Notes: generated by a model not told the origin, from the sequence alone. Shown: positions 9,137 through 18,141, numbered from the stretch's first letter. The stretch is DNA of 64,000 nt from Candidatus Babelota bacterium (GCA_049325595.1 JBMOLF010000010.1:96001-160000); one strand, 5' to 3'. Made by a program: numbers and translations.

Positions 9137-9651
9137 TTGGAATTTCCCTTAAAAAAATTTATTAACCTATACTAAGAATAACAAAAGAGATATTCTAATA
9201 GCAATAAATCGCAGGGAAAAGATGAATAAAAAATCTGTAATTTTACATTTATATAAATAATCAAACTTAAGTATTCAAACTAAGACCTACTTCCGAAAAT
9301 AACGTTTGCAGGTTTATTAAGCTCACGGTAAACTCAATTTCGCCGTTCCTGAACATATCTATAAAGTGATGATGTATGTAGTTGATATGGCTGCACTGCA
9401 AAATATAATAGCTTATGGAGCAAAAAAATTAGTTTAAAATTGATTAATTTTTGCACTGCATATTGCATGTAGCGGCTTGTAAAAGAACGTTATGAATGAT
9501 CAATCTGAGTGAGCACACATTATTGCTCAAAAATCTGTGTAATTAGAAATAGATTTTCTTGAGGCGTATCTCTTGGTACCATTAGAGCTACATTATATTT
9601 GTATATATTTTGTATTATGAAATTGTATTTTAAAGGTTTTAAAAAAGATTC

Positions 9652-10509
9652 ATGAAAATTAGATTTTTCCTATTTTTTTATTTGTTATTTTCACAAACCA
9701 GTTATTCCATGGATTTAATGGAAATGTGTGTTAGTGATAGTGATGCGACTACAACAGATATATTTGATAATTTTTCAGATGATTATTTATCTGAAGAAAT
9801 AAGTACGTGTGATATTCCTAAACAACTCAGCGAAATTACTGAAGCATACAACGGTTATTTTACAAACATTTATAATTCTTATGTTTTAGATGCTCAGCAA
9901 ACAGCTACTCAATTTTTTTCAAATAAAATGAATGAGATGATTTGTTGCTCAGCATTGCTCAAGAGTTGCAACCACAATACCAATAAAATTGAGTTATCTC
10001 TTGAACAGATGTCTTGCTCTGAAGAATCTGAATTAGATAATGCCCCATCAAAAAATAATAGCAAAGCTTATGAAACCACATATACCTACGAAGATGATTA
10101 CAAATATCAACCATCACAAGATATAGTTAATGATCCAGTAAAGCTTGAACGGTATGATAGATTTCATACATTGATCAATCTGCGCTATAAAGAAGCAAAA
10201 AAGCTATGTTGTAGCCAATCATTTAAAACGATCAGAGCATTTAAAAAACATGTTACTGAACACCATGTAACCTGTGTTAAACAAAATAATAAAACAATTT
10301 CGCAATATCACTGTAGTGATTCTGTATGTCAGGAATGTCCTTATAAATCGGCTGATGCGGCAATAAGCCATTTTTTACACAAACAAAATCCAAAGTTATT
10401 TTGGTGCCCAGAGTGTCCTTGGAAAATAAAAAGTTATACGGCATTTTACCGCCATTATAATTTTAATTGTCCCACATTAAAAAAATCTTGCACTGCCAAA
10501 ATAAAATAA
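9652..10509 (+). CDS. Signal-peptide zinc-finger protein (paralog 3)
   Basis: Signal peptide, acidic N-region, then CCSQSFKTIRAFKKHVTEHH, YHCSDSVC..SHFLH and FWCPEC-x12-H-x4-C. Confidence 0.8.
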   Translation: MKIRFFLFFYLLFSQTSYSMDLMEMCVSDSDATTTDIFDNFSDDYLSEEISTCDIPKQLSEITEAYNGYFTNIYNSYVLDAQQTATQFFSNKMNEMICCSALLKSCNHNTNKIELSLEQMSCSEESELDNAPSKNNSKAYETTYTYEDDYKYQPSQDIVNDPVKLERYDRFHTLINLRYKEAKKLCCSQSFKTIRAFKKHVTEHHVTCVKQNNKTISQYHCSDSVCQECPYKSADAAISHFLHKQNPKLFWCPECPWKIKSYTAFYRHYNFNCPTLKKSCTAKIK

Positions 10510-10524
10510 TTAGAGGTAATTGTT

Positions 10525-11496
10525 TTAGAAATCATTAAAATTCATCTCTTCTAAATAGTTTTGAGATTCATCGTATGAGCATTGATTAAGTTGGTAAGCA
10601 TAATAATTTTCTGGTGATTGTGTTATGTCATTAAGAGCGATTACATTGGGCCTTATACCCGGCTGATATGAAGCGACAATTTTTTGTACAGGTGTTTTTA
10701 GTTGACTGTTTTCTAATTCACTGTTGTAAAGAGCACATTCATTAAGGTAATGATCTTTAAGGATTTTATATTTTTCAAATTTTTCCTTGCATCTAGGACA
10801 AGTAAAAAAAATTTTATCAAAATGTTTTACATAACAGTTTGCTACTGAATCTATTTGCCGGTCGTCACAAAAAGAACAAAATTTATAAGGACAATGATAA
10901 AATCTATCTAGATCACGATTAAACTTAATACATTGTTTTAATTGTTCCCAAGTTTTGATATGCAATTTATTGGGTTGATTAGGATTACCAAAATTTTTTT
11001 CAATTTGTTGATCAATGTATGAATCAAAATATTTTTTATGATCAAAATCATTGCTTTCTAATTTATTACTCTCAATTTCTTGATACGAATTGTTTTGCTC
11101 AACTCTTTTGTTCTCGCTCTCAATTGGCGTTGATTGCTGTAATTGAGCAATTTGTTTATCGTCATTATCATCTTCGATAATGATGATATTGTTGTTCTGA
11201 TTTAATTTGTTACGGCCAGTAAAAAAAATGAGTTTAGGGGTTTTAGGTTGAGTTGGCTTTATAATAATGCGAGGAGTCTTATTACTGGGTTTTTTATCAA
11301 AAAGAATATTATCAGGCTGTGTATTTACACGAATGCGTAAATGTTGATTGCGGTGAGGTTTGTTGTACTTTATGGAAAAATCTGGCTGTTTGCTGGTGTT
11401 ATCCATTGCGTGTATGACAGCATTAATAATAAACAAACAACAAACTCGGTATTGTTTTGATGTTTTGCTTGATTGATTGTTTATATACTGAGCCAT
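10525..11496 (-). CDS. Signal-peptide zinc-finger protein (paralog 4)
   Basis: Hydrophobic stretch ending VIHA-MD; YHCPYKFC...VANCYVKHF and FTCPRC-x12-H-x4-C; N/Q-rich regions. Confidence 0.8.
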   Translation of the reverse strand: MAQYINNQSSKTSKQYRVCCLFIINAVIHAMDNTSKQPDFSIKYNKPHRNQHLRIRVNTQPDNILFDKKPSNKTPRIIIKPTQPKTPKLIFFTGRNKLNQNNNIIIIEDDNDDKQIAQLQQSTPIESENKRVEQNNSYQEIESNKLESNDFDHKKYFDSYIDQQIEKNFGNPNQPNKLHIKTWEQLKQCIKFNRDLDRFYHCPYKFCSFCDDRQIDSVANCYVKHFDKIFFTCPRCKEKFEKYKILKDHYLNECALYNSELENSQLKTPVQKIVASYQPGIRPNVIALNDITQSPENYYAYQLNQCSYDESQNYLEEMNFNDF

Positions 11497-11643
11497 TTCT
11501 ATGCACCATTCATTTTAAATTAATTACTTATTTTTTGAGCATACTATGCTGTTTGAATCCAGTTGCAAATGTTTTTATTTCTATTGATATTTTTTTGATT
11601 TCAAACAGAATAATATAATAAACTTTTTTATGTTTGGATTATT

Positions 11644-12453
11644 ATGTCTTATATAATTGTTGTGGCTTTAATGTATATTGTACAAGCAGCATCTTTGGTA
11701 ATTGCTTGTGATAAACTCAACTCATCAAATGAATTTGAATTTGATTTAGGAATTCTTAACAAATCAGAAGAATTTCCCGTGCAGGAGTGGTATGAGATTC
11801 CTAACAATCAGTTCATTGACTCAAATGGTGCTATTGATCAACCTACTATACAACCAATACCAGTTCCTATGGCAGTATCGAACGATTATTACCAGCAGCT
11901 TGTCTATTCCAATTATCAAATTAATGTTATTGCACCACTCGTGATTCAACAATTAGTAGTTAACAATAATGTTATCTGTTCACCTAATGCCGATAACAAA
12001 CAATGCCATTATAATTTTATACCCTATGATCCTGTTAAAAATATAAGGAAAACTAGGAATACTCATCAAAAGAATAAGTTTACAAAAGTGATAGGTAAAG
12101 CAGCGACATCAAACCCAAATCAAAAAATTACTGATATTAAAAAAATCGTAGAAAAACGATTAAAGCGCATTCCCAAGCAATGCCATAAGACTACTTTTAA
12201 TACTATAAACGAGTTATATCGACATTTAAAACAAGATCATCAAACGCCACTAGGATTTAAATGCGGATATGTAAACACAGATCAAGATGGTAATGAATTA
12301 AATACATGCCAAGAAATTTATTTAACTGAAAATGGATTTAAAAATCATTTCATTACGCATTTATCACCAAATGCTTTTGAATGCCCTGCTTGCGCTTTTC
12401 GTTTCTCTTGTAGAAACAGTTTATATGTTCATTACCAAAATAAACATCTTTAA
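11644..12453 (+). CDS. Signal-peptide C2H2 zinc-finger protein (paralog 5)
   Basis: Hydrophobic N-terminus; three fingers ending in canonical FECPACAFRFSCRNSLYVHYQNKH. Confidence 0.85.
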   Translation: MSYIIVVALMYIVQAASLVIACDKLNSSNEFEFDLGILNKSEEFPVQEWYEIPNNQFIDSNGAIDQPTIQPIPVPMAVSNDYYQQLVYSNYQINVIAPLVIQQLVVNNNVICSPNADNKQCHYNFIPYDPVKNIRKTRNTHQKNKFTKVIGKAATSNPNQKITDIKKIVEKRLKRIPKQCHKTTFNTINELYRHLKQDHQTPLGFKCGYVNTDQDGNELNTCQEIYLTENGFKNHFITHLSPNAFECPACAFRFSCRNSLYVHYQNKHL

Positions 12454-12644
12454 TTTTAAAAATAAAGTTATTCAACATAGAAAATTCATATAAATATTTT
12501 TTCCCTGAGATACTTATTTGTCTAAAGATATTTATTGAATGTTGTATAGGAAAAGAATTATCAATAATAATTGAGTGAGCCTGACACTTTAATAAAAATT
12601 ATTTGTGTTAAAAAGGGGGCTTATTATCTAAAAGGAAGTAAATT

Positions 12645-13205
12645 ATGAATCGAATGGCGACTCTTTTACTTATTTTTTATAGTTATTTGTTATATCCAGT
12701 AGTTACTCCTTTAACTGTTGAGCGGGTTTTTACTGACTTATTGGTTGAAGAAGAAGAATTATTTGTTCGCGCTTTTGTACAAGGTTTTAAAGATATTCCC
12801 CACGACATTTTAAAAATATATGATATTCCTGCGCGTGCACGTTTTGTATTTGAGGACGAGCGCAAACAACTGCATGATAAAACAAAAGAAATTTTCTTCT
12901 TGCGTGCAATAAAAGATAATCAATTAGTAGGATTAATTACCTTTCAAACTTATGGATCTGACCAGATTGTTTATATTCGTGCGTTAGCGGTTGACCCAGC
13001 ACACATGCGTACCGGTGTGGGTACATTTTTGGTAAGTCAATGTAAAGAATTTATACCTAGCGCTAAAGAATTAGTATTAGCAACCCGTAGTTGCAATTAT
13101 GGCGCTATTGCTTTTTACAAAGCGCTTGGCTTTTTCGAGTATGATGAAGTTCCGTATGGTTGGGATCCAACTTTGTTTATTGGTTTGAAATATCAAATTT
13201 ATTAA
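12645..13205 (+). CDS. GNAT family N-acetyltransferase with hydrophobic N-terminus
   Basis: LAVDPAHMRTGVGT motif A and N.GAIAFYKALGF motif B. Confidence 0.9.
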   Translation: MNRMATLLLIFYSYLLYPVVTPLTVERVFTDLLVEEEELFVRAFVQGFKDIPHDILKIYDIPARARFVFEDERKQLHDKTKEIFFLRAIKDNQLVGLITFQTYGSDQIVYIRALAVDPAHMRTGVGTFLVSQCKEFIPSAKELVLATRSCNYGAIAFYKALGFFEYDEVPYGWDPTLFIGLKYQIY

Positions 13206-13524
13206 GCTGTTATTAGAAATAATCATCTTTAAAAAAGTCTGTAAGTTGTTGGTAATTCACGCTAAAAATTTAGTATCAACTAAAATGACGATAGAAGAGA
13301 AATTTTAAATTATAATAGGAGTAAGTATATTAATCTTATTTGTATAGTATAAAAGATCGTAAAGAAATGTTACGATTGAGTTTATTAATGTATCGAGCGT
13401 TGAATATGATTTTTGATGTGTTAAAAACAATTCAAAATTATTGGATAATAAAAATGAAAAAAATTCTTAAGATAATTTGCTCTTGCTTAATGTACATTAT
13501 TGAGGGTTTACTATTTCCTTAAAA

Positions 13525-13956
13525 TTATTCTTCAAATATTTTCTTGCTGCGCATTTTCTTGATTGAGGCACGGCGTGTTTTTTGTTGCAAGCGTGCTTCC
13601 TTTGCAGTTTTAGGCTCTTTAGTCTTAATTCGTTTTTTAGGTACAATTAATGCTTTGCGAACAGTTTCAGCCAATGTATTGAGCGCTGCTTTTTTATTAT
13701 GTTCTTGGCTACGAGAAACGCTACTATGCACAATTAAATCGCCATCCTCTGTTAATCGTGATTGAAGTTTTTCTAATAATCTTGCTTTTTGTTCATCAGA
13801 AAGAGCAGTACTTTTTTTTACATTCCAACGAATGGTAATGCGCGTTTCAGTTTTATTAACATGTTGGCCACCGGCGCCGCCAGAACGACTGGTTGAAATT
13901 TCTAGTTCATGTTCTGGTATTACAACGCCATTTTTTATGGATAGATCGTACTTCAT
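13525..13956 (-). CDS. arfB: Alternative ribosome rescue factor B (peptidyl-tRNA hydrolase)
   Basis: RSGGAGGQHVNKT, RSQ..NK, basic C-terminal tail. Confidence 0.93.
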   Translation of the reverse strand: MKYDLSIKNGVVIPEHELEISTSRSGGAGGQHVNKTETRITIRWNVKKSTALSDEQKARLLEKLQSRLTEDGDLIVHSSVSRSQEHNKKAALNTLAETVRKALIVPKKRIKTKEPKTAKEARLQQKTRRASIKKMRSKKIFEE

Positions 13957-14032
13957 AACATTCCAGTTTTTTAAGAATGATTACTCTTAACAATGATTCT
14001 AGATTAACAGATATTGCATGAGCAATTAAAAC

Positions 14033-15097
14033 TTATGTTCCAAAAAATAAATGAGCTCGCTCTAGTAACCGATCAAACTCATGCTGATTATTGGTGAGTG
14101 AATCTTGACCCCGAATAAACGTAATTCCCAAAATGCCCTCATTTTTTGGTGCAAAATAAAGTAATTCATCGCGCAAATAATTACCTTTTGCTGCTGGCAT
14201 CGTGACTTTAAAATTAATTAAATATTGTAACTGTTCAATTGGCTGCTGTTGCAGAGTAATTAAATGTCCTTGTACGGGAATGAGTCGTAGATCGTTAGTT
14301 AATTTTTTTGCACCAAGACCCGCGCAATTAAAAATAATTGATTCATCAAGATCATCAAATTTTTCGATTTCTTGTTTTACAATTGGTATCCTCAGCTGCT
14401 TGATTAAATACGTAAGTTCATCCATGAGCGCAGCCGGATTTATAAAAAGTGTTTCATATTGGTGTGCCGGATATTTTTTGCCATTACCAAAGTCAATTGT
14501 TATTGTTTGAGGAGGGGTTACGAGTTTATGAGCTACATAAGGCGTAAAACCAGGATCGATATTAATGTCATAATAGGCAGGTAGTAATTTTGGTCCATGA
14601 GTTATAAAAGGATGAGAGCCTTTAATTATTGATAAATAGGTTTGATAAGACTCTATACCCCGTGCATGAAAAATAGCAGTTTCTAGTTCGTTTGATACTT
14701 TACGGGGTCGGGGAAAGAAAAATCCAGCAGCTTTATGTGACGAAATATCCGTTTGCTCTCGAGCAACAATATGCACATTATAGTCTCGGCGTACTAATTC
14801 TATTGCCGTTAACAGGCCATAGCATCCTGCGCCAATTACCGTAATGGCTTGTTTTTTTAGTGAAGGGTGATGAGCAACTTGTTGTTCAAATTGTCGCAGT
14901 GATTCATTTACGCAGCCAAAAAGAAAGGTCCAGCCTGCTCCACCATGACCATAGTTGTGGAAAACAAATTGATTGTTTATTTGCTCGTATGAAATATTGA
15001 ACATGCGCTCGCGGTGGCCACGAATACATATAATTTTTTCTTTAATTGCTTGATCGCTTAATTGAGGTGGAACAAGATTTACTACTTTTGTATACAT
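14033..15097 (-). CDS. FAD-dependent D-amino acid oxidase family protein, permuted motif order
   Basis: HNYGHGGAG precedes VIGAGCYG; IFNCAGLGA and PVQG motifs. Start chosen at ATG 15097. Confidence 0.85.
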   Translation of the reverse strand: MYTKVVNLVPPQLSDQAIKEKIICIRGHRERMFNISYEQINNQFVFHNYGHGGAGWTFLFGCVNESLRQFEQQVAHHPSLKKQAITVIGAGCYGLLTAIELVRRDYNVHIVAREQTDISSHKAAGFFFPRPRKVSNELETAIFHARGIESYQTYLSIIKGSHPFITHGPKLLPAYYDINIDPGFTPYVAHKLVTPPQTITIDFGNGKKYPAHQYETLFINPAALMDELTYLIKQLRIPIVKQEIEKFDDLDESIIFNCAGLGAKKLTNDLRLIPVQGHLITLQQQPIEQLQYLINFKVTMPAAKGNYLRDELLYFAPKNEGILGITFIRGQDSLTNNQHEFDRLLERAHLFFGT

Positions 15098-15194
15098 TTT
15101 CTGAAAGATTAAATTGTGGCAAAATGAAAATTTAATATTAAAATAATATTGTTTAAATGACAAAATTCAAAAATATATTATTCAAAAGGATATC

Positions 15195-15800
15195 ATGAAA
15201 AGGTTAATTATCATATCGTTATTCTCGTGCTTAGGGTATGCGTCAGAAAACCAGAATATTGCGATCTTTGATTCTATTATCAAAAACGGCTTTACAGAGG
15301 TTCCTGCGTTGCGCCACCAAGTTTTAACGCCTGAAGGACGAGTAGAAATCTTGCGAAACCGAGCGTCTGAGCGGTTAAATCAAATAACCTTTAATCGAGC
15401 TTTAAAAGGTATTACTCCGTATCAGGTAGAAACGAGTCGTTATTATCAAGCGAAGTTAGAAAGTGTTCAAGCTACTTTTATGGTTCCTGAAAGTTCATTA
15501 CTTTATAGCATTAAAAATCATTTTCTTACTCTTGTTGCATCTGGCATCGTAGCTAATGAAATGGCATTGATAAAAGGACATTTAGATGAAGAAAAGGTTA
15601 AAAAATTTGAATATGATCGTCTTCACGATTTATGCTTACTATCATTGCTTCTAAGTGCGGATAAAAATAAATTTAATATTTCTGATCTCTCTGAATTGTT
15701 GCCTATGCTTGAAGAAACTCATCAATCATGGCCGCCGATAAAATTTTTACACCTCGTTAATAAACAGTCTGGCTATAAAACCATAAAAGAGCTGTTGTAG
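15195..15800 (+). CDS. Signal-peptide hypothetical protein
   Basis: AAGGA RBS; MKRLIIISLFSCLGYA-SE. Confidence 0.75.
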   Translation: MKRLIIISLFSCLGYASENQNIAIFDSIIKNGFTEVPALRHQVLTPEGRVEILRNRASERLNQITFNRALKGITPYQVETSRYYQAKLESVQATFMVPESSLLYSIKNHFLTLVASGIVANEMALIKGHLDEEKVKKFEYDRLHDLCLLSLLLSADKNKFNISDLSELLPMLEETHQSWPPIKFLHLVNKQSGYKTIKELL

Positions 15801-15937
15801 CATTGATTAGAGTCTTTAGGATAGGACAATGCAAATCAATGATTAATTTAGATGAATAATCAAGAATCTGATAAGTAAACTTTTTTTCTATTTCTGATAC
15901 GTTTAACAACGTAGTGTTTAATACGAAAGGAAAGTGC

Positions 15938-16384
15938 ATGAAGAAATTATTTATAGGATTATTGCTTTTAACAGTTAGTGTAGTTGCAATACGCTGCAAA
16001 CCATTAATCAAACAAGGAACAACTATGTCATCACGCCAAAAGACTGATTCAGGATTAGAATACGAAATTTTACAAGAAGGTACTGGTGCTAGTCCAAAAC
16101 GAGGACAACATGTTACCGTGCATTATACCGGTTGGTTGCCTTCAAATGGCCCAGAAAAACCCTTTGATAGCAGTGTAAAACGTGGCACACCATTTACCTT
16201 TATTCTTGGTGTTGGCCAAGTAATTAAAGGATGGGACGAAGGTGTTGCTGGTATGAAAGTGGGCGAAAAACGTCGCTTGTACATTCCATCAAAACTTGGC
16301 TACGGTGCATATGGTGCAGGTAATTTAATACCGCCACACTCGGCATTAGTGTTTGATGTTGAGTTACTTGGTATTTCAAATTAA
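15938..16384 (+). CDS. FKBP-type peptidyl-prolyl isomerase with signal peptide
   Basis: VHYTGWL, FDSS, LGVGQVIKGWDEGV, IPSKLGYG, LVFDVELL. Confidence 0.95.
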   Translation: MKKLFIGLLLLTVSVVAIRCKPLIKQGTTMSSRQKTDSGLEYEILQEGTGASPKRGQHVTVHYTGWLPSNGPEKPFDSSVKRGTPFTFILGVGQVIKGWDEGVAGMKVGEKRRLYIPSKLGYGAYGAGNLIPPHSALVFDVELLGISN

Positions 16385-16397
16385 AGCTTGGTTTATT

Positions 16398-16433
16398 AAA
16401 AAAGTCCTCAGCAACTGCTGGGGATTTTTTTTT
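16398..16433 (+). terminator. Intrinsic terminator
   Basis: GTCCTCAGCA-ac-TGCTGGGGAT hairpin followed by a T run. Confidence 0.75.
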
Positions 16434-16435
16434 GC

Positions 16436-16466
16436 TTGACTCTTACGTTGCGTAATACTTTATTCT
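16436..16466 (+). promoter_or_regulatory. MerR-type promoter/operator
   Basis: TTGACT-19 bp-TATTCT with dyad TTACG-ttg-CGTAA in the spacer; the 19-bp spacer is the MerR hallmark. Confidence 0.85.
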
Positions 16467-16499
16467 CTTTTGCATAGTTTAATGGTAAGGAATTTACTA

Positions 16500-17267
16500 A
16501 TGTATTATTCAGTGAGTGAATTGGCAAAAATTTCTGGTGTTAGTATACGCACTCTTCATTATTATGATGAAATTGGATTACTTAAACCTTGTTACATAAA
16601 CGAAGCGGGTTATCGTTTTTATAACCAAAAACAACTCTTACTTTTACAACAAATTTTATTTTACAAAGAACTAGGCTTTGAATTAAAACAAATTAAGACC
16701 ATTCTTACCAATCCAAATTTTGACGTAATCACATCACTAAAATCCCAAAAGCAGCTACTCACTGATAAACGTGCAAAGACAGATCAACTTATCAATACAC
16801 TAGAAAAAACAATTACCCATCTTGAAAGGCAAAAAATCATGCAAGAACACGAACTATTTTGGGGATTTAGTAAAGAGAAGCAAGCGGCTTACGAAAAAGA
16901 AATGATTGAAAAATATGGCCCTGAAATTGAAGAGCATATTAACCAAAGTTATAAAAAAATGAAAAATTGGACTAAGGCTGATTGGGACCAAATAAAACAA
17001 GAAGCTGATAATATTAACAGAGATTTAGTTGTATTATTACTCAACAACGTTTCTGTTGATGATAAACAGGTGCAATTGGTCATTGCCCGACATTATCAAT
17101 GGACTTGCAAATTTTGGCAACCAAATGCACTATCATATGCAGGGCTTGCGGATTTATACACGCAACACCCTGATTTTAAAAAATTATATGATGGTTACCA
17201 CAAAGACTTAGCTGAATATATTGCAACAGCAATGAAATATTTTGCTCATAATAAATTAAGGCAATAA
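16500..17267 (+). CDS. MerR family regulator with TipAS domain (Mta/TipA-like)
   Basis: SGVSIRTLHYYDEIGLLKP..GYRFY, LQQILFYKELGF; C-terminal Y.GLADLY...PDF. Confidence 0.93.
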   Translation: MYYSVSELAKISGVSIRTLHYYDEIGLLKPCYINEAGYRFYNQKQLLLLQQILFYKELGFELKQIKTILTNPNFDVITSLKSQKQLLTDKRAKTDQLINTLEKTITHLERQKIMQEHELFWGFSKEKQAAYEKEMIEKYGPEIEEHINQSYKKMKNWTKADWDQIKQEADNINRDLVVLLLNNVSVDDKQVQLVIARHYQWTCKFWQPNALSYAGLADLYTQHPDFKKLYDGYHKDLAEYIATAMKYFAHNKLRQ

Positions 17268-17394
17268 CTTTTAAAACATTTTTTTAAAAAATTACAACAA
17301 TATCTAGCAACAGAATTATCAGTCTATTATAGTGCGACTTAGAATCTTATTTTTTGTTTTATTAAAACTAATTTTTAAAAAAGAGGAGTAAGGC

Positions 17395-18141
17395 ATGAAA
17401 AAGATATTCCACATGTTTATGCTAGTGAGTTTATTGCCTATGCATTGTTTAGCGAGTGAACTAACAGAAACGCGTAGTAAATGCAAAGACTACAAACTTT
17501 TGAAAGTATGTTCGCTGCTTGCAAATTGCGTGAATATTAATGGGACGCTTACTCTTAATGGTACAAACATTAATAATTTAATTAACATATCAAATATTAT
17601 TAGTTCAGGTAGTCCCCTAGTAAATTCATTGGTACCTTTTTCTTCGGGTCTTTTAACATTGGGTGTTGATTTGCCTTTAGGATTACCAACAACAGGTATC
17701 TTACTTGGATTTGGTTCAAGCAATTTAGCAGATTTGGTTGATCCGGGGCTTACCGTTACTAATACTGGATACGCTTTTTCTGTTCCACGTGCAGGTACTT
17801 TGCATGATTTAAGAGTAAGTGTAGATTCTGTTTATGCAATTGGGGCACCTTCTACACCATTTAGTCTTACCTTCACTATTATTGTATCTAGCTGTACGGC
17901 AGGTACATTAACTCCTTATACAGCTACTGCATTAGCAGCTACAGCTACAACAACCGCGCCAGCACAACCCATTACAATATTAACAGCCGGTGGAGCTGGT
18001 TGTGGATCAAGTGCAACATCAATTCCAGTTGCTGCAGGTGACCGTGTTGCATTATTGGTAACCCCAAACATTGCTATTCCAATTACTACTTTAGCAACTC
18101 TCTCATTAAGCGCGGGTGTACTTTATAGTCCTGCTTTATAA
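17395..18141 (+). CDS. Secreted protein with BclB C-terminal-like domain
   Basis: Signal peptide; PFSSG...GFG...AFSVPRAGTL...IPVAAGDRVAL...LSAG pattern; Thr/Ala/Gly-rich. Confidence 0.6.
   Translation: MKKIFHMFMLVSLLPMHCLASELTETRSKCKDYKLLKVCSLLANCVNINGTLTLNGTNINNLINISNIISSGSPLVNSLVPFSSGLLTLGVDLPLGLPTTGILLGFGSSNLADLVDPGLTVTNTGYAFSVPRAGTLHDLRVSVDSVYAIGAPSTPFSLTFTIIVSSCTAGTLTPYTATALAATATTTAPAQPITILTAGGAGCGSSATSIPVAAGDRVALLVTPNIAIPITTLATLSLSAGVLYSPAL

Larger units (their letters stand above)
3704..9368. mobile_element. Small integrative element in tRNA-Arg(UCU): serine integrase, TA pair, Rep-like protein, cargo
   Basis: Integrase abuts and overlaps the tRNA 3' end; gene content is typical of mobile DNA; zinc-finger paralogs resume at 9652. 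Right boundary is inferred, no tRNA-end duplication seen. Confidence 0.7.

Noticed and set aside
3704..9368. Prophage
   Set aside because: No terminase, capsid, tail or lysis genes; too small.
9391..9460. Two copies of TGCACTGCA near the proposed element boundary
   Set aside because: 9-nt repeat with no further structure; not distinguishable from chance.
3704..9650. Direct repeat of the tRNA 3' end marking attR
   Set aside because: No convincing CAGGCACACCA copy found; GAGCACACAT near 9511 and GGCTACACC near 8551 (part of a terminator hairpin) are too weak.
13340..13522. 60-aa ORF
   Set aside because: TTG start, AT-rich, no motif; cannot be supported, although a remnant beginning MKKILKII is possible.
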